Below, in pieces: positions 27,122 to 36,435 of a stretch of 64,000 nucleotides of DNA. The notes under the pieces were generated by a model. That model worked only from the letters and a program-made list of their open reading frames with translations. It was not told the DNA's origin and did not search any database. Origin of the DNA: an uncultured bacterium (lineage in GTDB: Bacteria > Krumholzibacteriota > Krumholzibacteriia > Krumholzibacteriales > Krumholzibacteriaceae); the NCBI GenBank assembly GCA_965371515.1, contig CBDUYR010000006.1, forward strand, positions 1 to 64,000, written 5' to 3'. How positions within the stretch are numbered: position 1 is the stretch's first letter; the number at the start of each line of letters is the position of its first letter. The translations under genes and the position numbers were made by a program.

Positions 27122-28012
27122 TCATCGTCTTGTGTAGTAGAAAAATGTCCATCTCAACTCAAGGTACTCTTCGGGGAAATTATCAGGCAGCGGGCGGAAA
27201 GGCGAAGACTTTTCCACTGCCGTCACACTTGTCTCCATCAGCGTCTTGTGTCCGTTATAATCGATGACGTCGAGTCCGGTCATCGTCCCGTCCGGCCACA
27301 CCCTGAAAATCAGCGTAGTCTCCCCCCTGATACCTCCCATGTATGTGAATATCGCAGGCGGAAAGATGTTCGATTTGAGTTTCCTCTTCATGTGGAAGAT
27401 GTAGGAGGCGTAATCCCATTCGTACGTGTTGAGCGATATGCTTCCCTTGGCATCGGCTCCGGTCAATCTCTGCTCGTAGTCGAGATCGTCGGTGAACCGC
27501 CGCTGCGGTGAAGGCGGACCGACCTGTAACTGCCTCATGGAGGATTCTCCGTCTCTCACGTCCTGAACCCTGCGTCGATCCGAATTGAAATACGAGCCCG
27601 CCCAATCGAGTATAGGGTTCCATGGCTCCGATTCAGCGTCATCCTGCTGCTGATTCCGCTGATCCTCGGCCTGAGCCTGTTGGACCCCGCCGGCATCGGG
27701 ATCGCCGGCGAATACCCGGTGCGGGACTTCACCATCGCTGTAAGCTTCTCCCAGTTCCAGGTCACCCTCATGTTCGTCCCTAGCGAGAGCATTCTTGTCC
27801 GAGAGCAGGTGCGCATTCTCCGGCTCCTGCCGAATGGCGTCGTCCGGGGTCTCCACCAGCTCGAAGATGAGCGGGGTTGAGGCCGCGGGTTCAGACTCGC
27901 TCTTGTCTGGGAAAAGGTCTATCCGGGACAGGGGACGATAAACGATCAGGATGATCAGATGAACGAGCACCGATACGGCAATGGCGATTCGTTGTGACCG
28001 GTATTTAAACAG
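27122..28012 (-). CDS. TonB-like energy transducer (start uncertain, probably CTG at 28012)
   Basis: N-terminal anchor RIAIAVSVLVHLIIL with S-x3-H; TonB_C-like C-terminus (PFRPLP); precedes exbB/exbD. Confidence 0.75.
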   Translation of the reverse strand: MFKYRSQRIAIAVSVLVHLIILIVYRPLSRIDLFPDKSESEPAASTPLIFELVETPDDAIRQEPENAHLLSDKNALARDEHEGDLELGEAYSDGEVPHRVFAGDPDAGGVQQAQAEDQRNQQQDDAESEPWNPILDWAGSYFNSDRRRVQDVRDGESSMRQLQVGPPSPQRRFTDDLDYEQRLTGADAKGSISLNTYEWDYASYIFHMKRKLKSNIFPPAIFTYMGGIRGETTLIFRVWPDGTMTGLDVIDYNGHKTLMETSVTAVEKSSPFRPLPDNFPEEYLELRWTFFYYTRR

Positions 28013-28491
28013 ATCGATAACCTCTTGAAAATGCTATGCCTGTAACAATCCATAATATAGATATATCGTCGCAGTATAACACTATTAAGTTACAACCGTT
28101 CTCGATGTTCCAGTTTTTTCGCCTGTCGCCGGCGGAAGAGACGGAACGCCTTTACTTTCAACATACTGCCGGCTCAAGGCGACATACGTCTGGCAACTCC
28201 AGGTCCTCTCCGCCCCGAACCGTTCCATATGTTCAAAAAAGTGTTCCACCTGTTCCAAAGTGTCCCATCGTTCGTGAGACAATAATCTAAAAGACTTACA
28301 GCGAAAGTGTTCAAAAATGTGTTCTACGCGATACAACTGCGATACACAAAGATTCGCTTCTGGAACAGTCTGATTTCAGAAAATTACTATCGGGAATCAA
28401 AAATCGAATCTCCTGTATTCATTAATTCAGAAGGGATTACAAATGCGCCATGAAAATATCAAATGTCAGGGATAAGTCCAGTTCATGTGAA

Positions 28492-28507
28492 TGGAATCGA
28501 TAGTGCA
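28492..28507 (+). promoter_or_regulatory. Candidate sigma54 promoter
   Basis: TGGAATCGATAGTGCA with GG-N10-GC spacing; TGT-N10-ACA at 28320-28335 upstream. Confidence 0.5.
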
Positions 28508-28646
28508 ATATAAAACGATTTAGATCCTGCACTGATCCGAAGAGCTGCAACGTCAGGGGATATTTCAATGAAAGGAGGGTGGCTTTCTAACAGGCGCTTG
28601 CAGCATTAGAATCTGGGAACGCTTACATTTCAACAGATAAAGGAGA

Positions 28647-29513
28647 ATGATGATGTTCCATAGAAAGCATATCAAGAAAGCGCTACTGTTTTTAATCATT
28701 GTTGCATTCTTCAATCTCGTTTCATGTACTGAACAGGGTATTGTGAATACAGACAAAAAGGAGGTTGCTTCAAATGAAACGATAGATATTGAAAACGACA
28801 TCGAAATATCAGTTGATCCAGAAATGGCAGGAATATTACATAATGAGATTCTATCAGAATTCAATAATAGGCATACTATACTGAGTGGTCCACTTGATGA
28901 AGATACTTTCATAAGATATTATCAGGAATCAGTAAATACAGTTTTTAAAAGAAATGGGATTCGGATTATCGTTTCTAAAGATGAAATTCGATCTGATTTA
29001 TTAATGCTGCGCGAATTTACTGAAAGTGGTGTTTTTAACTTCTTCTCACCTCCACGAGAAACAAATATAGAACCACTCATTTCACATGGAATAGTTACGG
29101 GTAAATTGACACAAGCTGAATCTGAATATATCAGAAAACTATTTAATTCTTTAAAAAATGGCGTTCTTTTTTCAAAAGATAATGCACAGGATCAATTATT
29201 CAGTTCAGAATTTGAATCAATCGAGGATATAGACAAAGATATGTTGATTTCTATAGAATGTATTGCTCAGAGCACCTCTGAATTCTGGAGTGACTTTCTG
29301 ATCCATTCACTGCCGGATGGAGAAATATATATCCTGTATAAGGATGATGAGTACGTATGGCGTAAAACGTGCGACATATGTGGTGGAATAATGGGGATAT
29401 GGGCAGGAGGGCCTGGCGGCGCCATTATATTGGGAGGATTAGCTTCAATAGCTTTTCATGTAGTATATAATGATGGACAAGGCTGGTGGGATACAGTTAC
29501 AGGTTGGTTTTAA
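28647..29513 (+). CDS. AT-rich lipoprotein with Gly-rich hydrophobic C-terminus (candidate toxin/bacteriocin precursor)
   Basis: SD AAGGAG; lipobox LVSC; C-terminal GGIMGIWAGGPGGAIILGGLASIAF...GWWDTVTGWF. Confidence 0.75.
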   Translation: MMMFHRKHIKKALLFLIIVAFFNLVSCTEQGIVNTDKKEVASNETIDIENDIEISVDPEMAGILHNEILSEFNNRHTILSGPLDEDTFIRYYQESVNTVFKRNGIRIIVSKDEIRSDLLMLREFTESGVFNFFSPPRETNIEPLISHGIVTGKLTQAESEYIRKLFNSLKNGVLFSKDNAQDQLFSSEFESIEDIDKDMLISIECIAQSTSEFWSDFLIHSLPDGEIYILYKDDEYVWRKTCDICGGIMGIWAGGPGGAIILGGLASIAFHVVYNDGQGWWDTVTGWF

Positions 29514-29532
29514 AAGGTATTGTCTTGATTGT

Positions 29533-29563
29533 GGGAAGAAATTAAAAAGGTTTTCTTCCCACT
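29533..29563 (+). terminator. Hairpin after the lipoprotein gene
   Basis: GTGGGAAGAAA...TTTCTTCCCAC inverted repeat followed by TTT. Confidence 0.6.
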
Positions 29564-29592
29564 TTCGGGACACAACTAAAAAGGAGTAGCTG

Positions 29593-29847
29593 ATGCTTAG
29601 TGATTATAAAGAAATAATAGGAATCATACTAGTACACGTAGTTATTTATGCTATTTATAGAATTATATCATGGAAATTCATCAAGCTGAGTTCAAAAGGT
29701 GTATTTGGCCTGTATTTAATACTCATGCCTGCATTCATGTTGAACATAAGGTCAAGCTCAGGAGCATCAGAGATTTATTCTGCGGCTATTACAGTTGTTG
29801 GAGTATTTATTTATTCTGCCTATGCAGGGAAAAAATCTTCAGGTTGA
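29593..29847 (+). CDS. Small 3-TM membrane protein (candidate immunity protein)
   Basis: SD AAGGAG, 84 aa, three hydrophobic segments, same AT-rich composition as the upstream gene. Confidence 0.7.
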   Translation: MLSDYKEIIGIILVHVVIYAIYRIISWKFIKLSSKGVFGLYLILMPAFMLNIRSSSGASEIYSAAITVVGVFIYSAYAGKKSSG

Positions 29848-29861
29848 CTTTAGTTGCAACA

Positions 29862-30098
29862 CACTGCCGCCTCGGGGCGACATACATCTGTAAACGCCAG
29901 GGGATCTCCTGACTAGAAGATACCGATACTCAGGCCGGCGGAGCGAGGCTCTCGAGAACTTCGAGCTCTGTTTCAGTGATTATCCCGATTACCACTACGC
30001 CCTCTACCAGGTCGGAAAGACAAATCTTATCGGAGAAGTCGATCTCGCCCGGGCACAGGGAAGCGAAGAAGCTCTACAAGAAACTCAAGCGAAAGTAA
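29862..30098 (+). pseudogene. Degraded remnant of a TPR-like gene
   Basis: Fragments in different frames: HCRLGATY, ALENFELCFSDYPDYHYALYQVGKT, EAKKLYKKLKRK*. Confidence 0.35.
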
Positions 30099-30108
30099 TC
30101 GCTGAGGC

Positions 30109-30711
30109 CTATTTCTCGACCGATCTCCTGATCGCCCGCAGCTCTTCGAGCATCGACGTCATCACGTCACGCTGAGGTGATTCTCGAACAGTATCATTCT
30201 CGGCCGTCGTCGGCGACATCGCGCCTCTGAATGCGCGGAGTTTCTTCACGACATCGTCGTAGATCCCATTTACGTCTTCGAGCCCGACGAGGCTCTGCTC
30301 TGCGCCGGTTGTGCCGCTCATACCCGCAGTCTGGATGTTGAGCGTGCCTATGTCGAACATGAACCTGTCGAGGATCCCCCTCTTGATCGAGATGTTTGTG
30401 ACGGTCCTGTAAGGCACGTGCTTAACCGACTTGGTGACTATACCGACGCGCAGGATCACCTCGTCATCCTGGATCTCGTAGCTGAGACTCCTGTAATAGA
30501 ATACAGACAGAATTGCGGCTATGATCCAGAAAAGGCCAGCGATCAGCGCCGTGTATATCGTAATCTCGATCGTAACGTGGGCTCCCTCGTCGATCCCGAC
30601 GAGCAGACCGAAAAGGTACCCCACAAGCACCGTCAGCAGGGCTATGATCGTGTAGGTAACCCACAGCTTTCTCAGATAACTTTTACCCGGCTTGATATGC
30701 AATGTCTGCAT
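30109..30711 (-). CDS. Bacterial PH-domain (bPH_2/YdbS-like) membrane protein
   Basis: Two TM segments, then YEIQDDEVILRVG...VPYRTVTN...GTLNIQTAG; SD GGGAGG. Confidence 0.85.
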   Translation of the reverse strand: MQTLHIKPGKSYLRKLWVTYTIIALLTVLVGYLFGLLVGIDEGAHVTIEITIYTALIAGLFWIIAAILSVFYYRSLSYEIQDDEVILRVGIVTKSVKHVPYRTVTNISIKRGILDRFMFDIGTLNIQTAGMSGTTGAEQSLVGLEDVNGIYDDVVKKLRAFRGAMSPTTAENDTVRESPQRDVMTSMLEELRAIRRSVEK

Positions 30712-30798
30712 GACGACCTCCCCTATGTTCTTCACTCTGATCGTGATTCTCGCAGTTAATACATTCGATTGCACGGATTTATTCGAAATACATTTTGA

Positions 30799-30827
30799 TT
30801 GACTGGTATCACATCAGGCGCAATAAT
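30799..30827 (+). promoter_or_regulatory. sigma70-like promoter
   Basis: TTGACT-N17-AATAAT. Confidence 0.45.
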
Positions 30828-30863
30828 CGTTTTGAATTTCAGCTTTTACAGGAGGTCGTTCGT

Positions 30864-31436
30864 ATGCGCAGATTCTTACTGGTCTTTTTTGCTCTTGTAC
30901 TGCTTTCAGGCGTCGCCTTTGCCCAGCAGCCCGACAGTACCGCTTATGAGGCCCCGGAGACACCACCGCCCGCGAAATCCAGCTCCGGACCCAGTAAGAT
31001 CTATTACGGAGGCACCCTCGGCTTCAGCTTCGGCGACTACACGCGCTTCAGCATCGCGCCTCTGGTCGGATACAGGCTCGCGAAGAGGTGGTCGGTCGGA
31101 GGCAAAGCAGTGTATGAGTATATCAAGGACAAGCGGTATGCAGAGGACATAACCTCGCACAACTACGGGGGCAGCCTCTTCGCGCGCTTCCGCCCCCATC
31201 CCCGTTTCTACCTGCACGGCGAATACGCCTACATGAGCTACGAGTGGCAGACAGCGAATCTGACCTCAGAACGAAATTGGGTCCCCTTCCTCCTTCTCGG
31301 AGGAGGGTACGTACAGCCGATATCACCCCGCGCCTCCCTCTTCGTCGAGGTGCTGTTCGACGTGCTGAATGATGACGGTTCCCCATACGAGGAATGGAAT
31401 CCCTGGATCAGCATAGGCGTCGCGGCCGGATTCTAA
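30864..31436 (+). CDS. Outer membrane beta-barrel protein
   Basis: SD AGGAGG, signal peptide, IAPLVGYR, terminal Phe. Confidence 0.8.
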   Translation: MRRFLLVFFALVLLSGVAFAQQPDSTAYEAPETPPPAKSSSGPSKIYYGGTLGFSFGDYTRFSIAPLVGYRLAKRWSVGGKAVYEYIKDKRYAEDITSHNYGGSLFARFRPHPRFYLHGEYAYMSYEWQTANLTSERNWVPFLLLGGGYVQPISPRASLFVEVLFDVLNDDGSPYEEWNPWISIGVAAGF

Positions 31437-31451
31437 CGAATGGAGATTGAT

Positions 31452-32486
31452 ATGAAGTCATCGTCGAGATGGATCGTGTTCCTGATTATCCTGATTCTTA
31501 CAGCTGCCATCCTGCTGCCGGGATGCTCCCAGTTCAAGAGCTCCAAGCGGATGGACCTGACCCCTTTCGCCGAAAACATGATAGCCATGGCCGGAGATAT
31601 CCAATACGGCCTCGCACAGAAAGAGGTCATATATCTGCGCAACTACATGGACATTCCGGAAGTCAACAACCTCAATATCTATCTGGATAAGATGAGGACC
31701 GTGATGCGGGGCTCAATCGCCTATTCAATAGAAATCGTCACGCTTTCGAACTCTACCCTGTCAGGACCGGAGCAATGTATTGCACTGGCCGATTATCTCG
31801 ACAGCCTGCTGCGGCCTGTGCTCGAGGCTCCAGTTCCCCCCCTGCATATCACGATCGCCCAGCTTGATACGATCCTTTACAACGCGCGCCAGCAGACAAA
31901 TATTCTCGACGCTCTGGGCACAACGCAGCCGATCGTCAACGAGATCGCGCGAACAACGAGCGAGATCATCGATGATTCAAACCTTGCCGTAGATACCGCG
32001 GCCGATGCGATCAGGGAAGTATTACTCGGAAATAACAAGATGCTGCTGAAAGGCATCAGGACAATGCGCGAATTTCAGCTGAACACCGTGATAAGCATTG
32101 AGTATATCGCCAGATATCGCAGGGGCGAAAAGGCGGCGTTAGATACGCTTCTTGCCATGCAGCCATCGCTGAAAGAGATCATAAGCTCAACAACCAGGCC
32201 CACGTCCAAGGACATGCTCGCAATCGAGGACCGGCTCCTCTATCTGCTTAAAAACATGCACGACGTCAGGACACAGATGATGCCGGACCTCGAGTTATAC
32301 TGGAAGCAGCAGCGTGAACTAGACGAGCTGAACAAGATGTACAAGGGTGCTCTCCGCAAGGCGAATGTGACGATGATCGCCTGGTCGAGGGCTCATCAGA
32401 GGCTCGCTGCCGGTATCACCGATCCGGCGAAGATCGACGTGCTTGGGCTGGCAAGGAAGGCAGCGGGAGCAGCGTCACCGCTGTAG
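31452..32486 (+). CDS. Hypothetical alpha-helical lipoprotein
   Basis: SD GGAG, lipobox LPGC. Confidence 0.75.
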   Translation: MKSSSRWIVFLIILILTAAILLPGCSQFKSSKRMDLTPFAENMIAMAGDIQYGLAQKEVIYLRNYMDIPEVNNLNIYLDKMRTVMRGSIAYSIEIVTLSNSTLSGPEQCIALADYLDSLLRPVLEAPVPPLHITIAQLDTILYNARQQTNILDALGTTQPIVNEIARTTSEIIDDSNLAVDTAADAIREVLLGNNKMLLKGIRTMREFQLNTVISIEYIARYRRGEKAALDTLLAMQPSLKEIISSTTRPTSKDMLAIEDRLLYLLKNMHDVRTQMMPDLELYWKQQRELDELNKMYKGALRKANVTMIAWSRAHQRLAAGITDPAKIDVLGLARKAAGAASPL

Positions 32487-32504
32487 GCATCCGCTGGGAC
32501 CGGA

Positions 32505-33482
32505 TCAGAAAAAGTAGTCCATCGCGATCGTAGCGGTGAAAAATTTCGCGGGGGTATCGAGTCCCTTTATCGGCACCCTCTGGAATTCAAGGTCAACTCC
32601 GATACTGAAATCTGGCCTGCCCACATAAGAGAAACCAACCAGGACCGCTTGGATGTTATCAGCGATCTCGTCCCCCCCTCCCGGAATAGTCGAGTACTTG
32701 TAACCCAGGGCAAGGCCGAGAGGAGTACCTGTTTTCGGTGTCAGGTCGAGGCTTACCAGGCCACCGAGACCGTAGTACCATTCATTTCCAAGGAGCCTGT
32801 CAATAGCCTCGCTGTATGATAGCTGCCCGAGGGCCTGAAGTGCCGTATATTCGTTTACGGCATATACATAACGGACATCTCCTACAGTCCCCAGTGTCGG
32901 CGCTTTTCTGATAAGCCTGACTTCCTCGCCTTCGATGACACCATTTGCCCAGCCGAGGATATCTACAAGGGTTGTGCTGCCGCTTCTTACCGATATCCCC
33001 GTTGACAGGAGGTGCCTTTCGTTTTCATACAGACGGACGAGCCATCCGAGCTCGAAACCGGTTGCTGCGCTTATTCCCTGTGCCAGCATCGACTGCAGCT
33101 CGTTTCCAAGCCGGGCCGTGATTTTCAGCTGCGCCCAGACGGCCACCCAATCCCTGACGGCGTACATGTATTCAAATCCGAGGATCGCATAGAGCAGATC
33201 CCCCTCCAGGCCCAGGATAGGTTCGCCTTCTATCTCGAGAAGAGGAGTTACTATATTCGTGGACTTTCCATATCCGAGCGCTATGCTTGCCTCAGTATTG
33301 ATGAAGGGAGCGGGCAGAAATGTCGTCGACACTACCCTCGTTTTCCCGACCCTGGGAGCGGTGATATTATTCAGAATGACACCACCCGGTTCATCGTGGC
33401 CGGCTGCCCCGACAGGGCAGGTACAGATCAGAATCACCGGTATGAGCAGGATGGATATGGTGATTGTCATCCGCACTTTCAA
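32505..33482 (-). CDS. Probable outer membrane beta-barrel protein
   Basis: Signal peptide, amphipathic strands, C-terminal DYFF. Confidence 0.7.
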   Translation of the reverse strand: MKVRMTITISILLIPVILICTCPVGAAGHDEPGGVILNNITAPRVGKTRVVSTTFLPAPFINTEASIALGYGKSTNIVTPLLEIEGEPILGLEGDLLYAILGFEYMYAVRDWVAVWAQLKITARLGNELQSMLAQGISAATGFELGWLVRLYENERHLLSTGISVRSGSTTLVDILGWANGVIEGEEVRLIRKAPTLGTVGDVRYVYAVNEYTALQALGQLSYSEAIDRLLGNEWYYGLGGLVSLDLTPKTGTPLGLALGYKYSTIPGGGDEIADNIQAVLVGFSYVGRPDFSIGVDLEFQRVPIKGLDTPAKFFTATIAMDYFF

Positions 33483-33490
33483 GAGTTCTC

Positions 33491-34144
33491 CTAGAGCTGA
33501 AACAGGAATCCGACATATAACAGCAGTCCGCTGTTCTTGATACGGAGACCGTAGAGCTCAGCTTCCGGATCGTTGTCCGAGACCACGTTCAGGATGCTCT
33601 GCGTGTATCTGCCCTCGATAAAAAACTCATACCGTCCGACCGGGATGATCCTGCCGACCCCGAAATGAATAGCGAGGTCGAACTTCTCCATGTCGTCCTT
33701 TATATCACAATCTTCTGTCGATGTAACGTATTGTGCGTTGACGAGCCATGCGAATTCAAGCCCGCTCGAGACGAACCAGCGCTCGCCGCCCGTAAAGATC
33801 TTCACCATTACAGGTATGGAAAAATAACCGGTATTCACCGAAACGCTGTCGACCCTCGCCTTCTGCCCCGCCACCTCGTAGGCTATCCCCGTCCCCTTCT
33901 GGATGAAAGAAGGCTGTATGCTGAGCCTTACACCCTTATAGACGTCCAGTTCGAAAACGCCGCCGAATGACGCCCGGTTCTGCGTCGAGTACGCAGCCTT
34001 GGGGGGCTTGTCGCCGGAATAGCCGTACCGCGCCAGCCCGCCCGTGACGCCGAGCCGCACCTCGGACGAAGCATCAGAGGGCCATACCGATACGAGCAGC
34101 GCCGCAATCAGCGGCAGTATTGATAAACAGGCTTTATTCCGCAG
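33491..34144 (-). CDS. Outer membrane beta-barrel (porin-family) protein, start uncertain
   Basis: QPSFIQKG, YFSIPVMVK, FFIEGRY; an in-frame signal peptide LRNKACLSILPLIAALLVSVWPSDASS lies upstream of the called GTG at 34060. Confidence 0.75.
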   Translation of the reverse strand: MRNKACLSILPLIAALLVSVWPSDASSEVRLGVTGGLARYGYSGDKPPKAAYSTQNRASFGGVFELDVYKGVRLSIQPSFIQKGTGIAYEVAGQKARVDSVSVNTGYFSIPVMVKIFTGGERWFVSSGLEFAWLVNAQYVTSTEDCDIKDDMEKFDLAIHFGVGRIIPVGRYEFFIEGRYTQSILNVVSDNDPEAELYGLRIKNSGLLLYVGFLFQL

Positions 34145-34820
34145 TTTCGGGATCGGTCCAGTCCTTTCTGTTATGCAGCCAGCCCAGTATACGTGAGATC
34201 AGCAGTCCGCTCAACCAGGCAAGCGCCCACGCCGTGGAACTCACCCATACGAACGGGATCGTAATAAGGGCCGTGACGGGCTCGTTTAGAAACTCGATGC
34301 GCAACTCGGCCGCTTCCTTATCCGTGATGCTGTCCGACAGGAGCTTGCGGTCCTTCAAAGCATACGACCAGGCCGCCACACCGAGGAACCCGACGAGAGC
34401 AAGGGTTATGCTCTGCAGCAGCAGGGGCAGGAGCTCGCCCTTGAAGACTAATTCCATTCTGACGAAGTAGAGAAAGATCAATAACATGAACAGCTGCAGG
34501 AAGGACAGGGAGGCATGCATGCCGTCGGTGTGATCGAGGTTCCCGAAGGCCTTGATCGTGTTGCTCCAGTAGATCAGCACGAGAAGCACTCCGATGAAGA
34601 TGATCTCGATACCGTCGAGGTTCTCCGAGAAGAATCTCGTAATGGAGATCCCCTCGCCCGATCCTATTTTGCCGAGACTCGGCAGGATCATGAAGATACG
34701 AAAGAGGACCAGGGCAAAGAGCACGTCTGTCAGTGTCTCGAGTCTTCTGAGCTGCCTGTTATCGCGTTCGATGACGGCCTTCGTCCTAGGCCCTGTTTTT
34801 CGCTTCAGAAAACCCATCAA
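34134..34820 (-). CDS. TMEM175-family K+ channel
   Basis: RRLETLTDVLFAL (RLxxFSD-like motif), YW motif, about 6 TM. Confidence 0.75.
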   Translation of the reverse strand: MMGFLKRKTGPRTKAVIERDNRQLRRLETLTDVLFALVLFRIFMILPSLGKIGSGEGISITRFFSENLDGIEIIFIGVLLVLIYWSNTIKAFGNLDHTDGMHASLSFLQLFMLLIFLYFVRMELVFKGELLPLLLQSITLALVGFLGVAAWSYALKDRKLLSDSITDKEAAELRIEFLNEPVTALITIPFVWVSSTAWALAWLSGLLISRILGWLHNRKDWTDPETAE

Positions 34821-35500
34821 CCCTCCTGTCTGTTGCTGAGGAATTTACCCACAAGCATAGCGATAATTACAGTGAGGTATATCTGGCCCGTGACGCTGGC
34901 CATAACGGCGATCGACCTCGAAAAGGGGAGCAGAGGAACAATGTCCCCGTATCCAAGGGTAGTGTAAGTGGTAAATCCATAGTATATGAATTCACTCAGC
35001 TGCCATCCCTGCACACCGGCCTCACGTACAACACCGCCGAAGGAATAGGCAGCGGAAACATTTCGCGCCAGGACCATGATAATCAATGAGAATACGATTC
35101 CCATCAGCAGGTAGCCCGTGATCGATTCGACGATGACCCTCGCCGTTACTTTCTTTGTAATCGCGACCTGGATTATCAGGCCGATCACGATGCGTATGAA
35201 AAAGAGAAACAGTACGGTCTGGGACAGGCTGAGAATAACAGGCAGATCGAGGAAATAGGCGATCCACTCGAACCCGATAGCCAGGATGGCGATGATAAAC
35301 ATCTTCTTTCTCGCTCGATCCATCGAGACCGCGGCGAATACCAGGATTACTGTCAGCATGGTATTATACACGACCTTGTGAGTGCCCGGGGGGAGCGCGG
35401 GCACTATGAACAGGAAGGCCAGGACGAGTGCCAGCAGGATCGTGCTGTATTTCGATCTTTTCGACTGCTCTGCAGCAGTGACCTTTTCAACCATTTCCAT
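34817..35500 (-). CDS. Potassium channel family protein (Ion_trans_2)
   Basis: Selectivity filter TTLGYGD; GQIYL..IAMLVG. Confidence 0.92.
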   Translation of the reverse strand: MEMVEKVTAAEQSKRSKYSTILLALVLAFLFIVPALPPGTHKVVYNTMLTVILVFAAVSMDRARKKMFIIAILAIGFEWIAYFLDLPVILSLSQTVLFLFFIRIVIGLIIQVAITKKVTARVIVESITGYLLMGIVFSLIIMVLARNVSAAYSFGGVVREAGVQGWQLSEFIYYGFTTYTTLGYGDIVPLLPFSRSIAVMASVTGQIYLTVIIAMLVGKFLSNRQEG

Positions 35501-36431
35501 TCTTCTCCTGTGGGGATTCCGGAACCCTTTCGCTGTCTCCGGTAAAGAGCGTATCAGCGATTATCTCCGGGTGCAATCCCGTTAATTCCCTGTCTATCCT
35601 CTGCCTTATGCCGTCGAAATCCGCCATTGATGATATCGGGGCGCCGTCCGGCAGAAGAACGTTGACACTTACGAATATGTGCCTGCCGACCTTGACCATT
35701 CGGACGGAATGTCTCTCCATCGGAAACCCCGACAGCACAGCGGAGACCTTCTCTTTGATCCCGGCCTGCATATCCCCGGGAGGGGCACCGAGAAGAAGGT
35801 CGCCTATCCCCTCCCTCAACGCCGACAGTGGAAGTCTTATCATCACAAGTATCAGGACGATCACCATGACCGGATCGACGTAGGGTACTATCCATGAGTA
35901 TTCCGTACGGGAGAGGAGATACGCACCCCCGAATCCTACGGCTACCGCCGAACTTATAAAACCGCTTATCTTCCATGTAGCGATATCCAGGGCGAGAAGA
36001 GGTGAATCCACCTTCCGCGCGTACTGCTTCTGGATGAAAAAAACGATAATGCACCCGCTTGTAGCGATCACGCTGTAGATCACAGCGACTCCGGGGCTGA
36101 GCTCCCTCCCGCCGTCGATCAGGGCGTCTATCGATGAAACGAGCGCGAATCCGCAGACCACGAGGATTATCAGGCCCTTGACCACGTTCACGAAGGGCTC
36201 GAACGGCATGAATCCGTACTGGAAATGCCTGTCGTAAGGGATGCGGAGAAGATTCGAGACATGAAGGGTGACGAGGCTCATCACGAACGAGACGAAATTA
36301 AAGAAGCCGTCGAGCATGATCGCTTCCGACTGGCTCTTCAGGGCGAACACCACGGCGAGGACTCCGAGCAGAGAATACCCGAATATCGATATCCGGAGCA
36401 CTTTTCTCTCCAGGGCCTCTTCTTCCGCCAT
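35487..36431 (-). CDS. Cation diffusion facilitator transporter
   Basis: SEAIMLDG, FQYG...EP, YVDP, C-terminal cytosolic domain. Confidence 0.85.
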   Translation of the reverse strand: MAEEEALERKVLRISIFGYSLLGVLAVVFALKSQSEAIMLDGFFNFVSFVMSLVTLHVSNLLRIPYDRHFQYGFMPFEPFVNVVKGLIILVVCGFALVSSIDALIDGGRELSPGVAVIYSVIATSGCIIVFFIQKQYARKVDSPLLALDIATWKISGFISSAVAVGFGGAYLLSRTEYSWIVPYVDPVMVIVLILVMIRLPLSALREGIGDLLLGAPPGDMQAGIKEKVSAVLSGFPMERHSVRMVKVGRHIFVSVNVLLPDGAPISSMADFDGIRQRIDRELTGLHPEIIADTLFTGDSERVPESPQEKNGNG

Positions 36432-36435
36432 ACTG

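Noticed and set aside
28221..28350. CRISPR array or IS end
   Set aside because: Repeats are short, degenerate and irregularly spaced; no cas or transposase gene
28568..28609. Micro-ORF MKGGWLSNRRLQH upstream of the lipoprotein
   Set aside because: No SD in front of it and no coding signal
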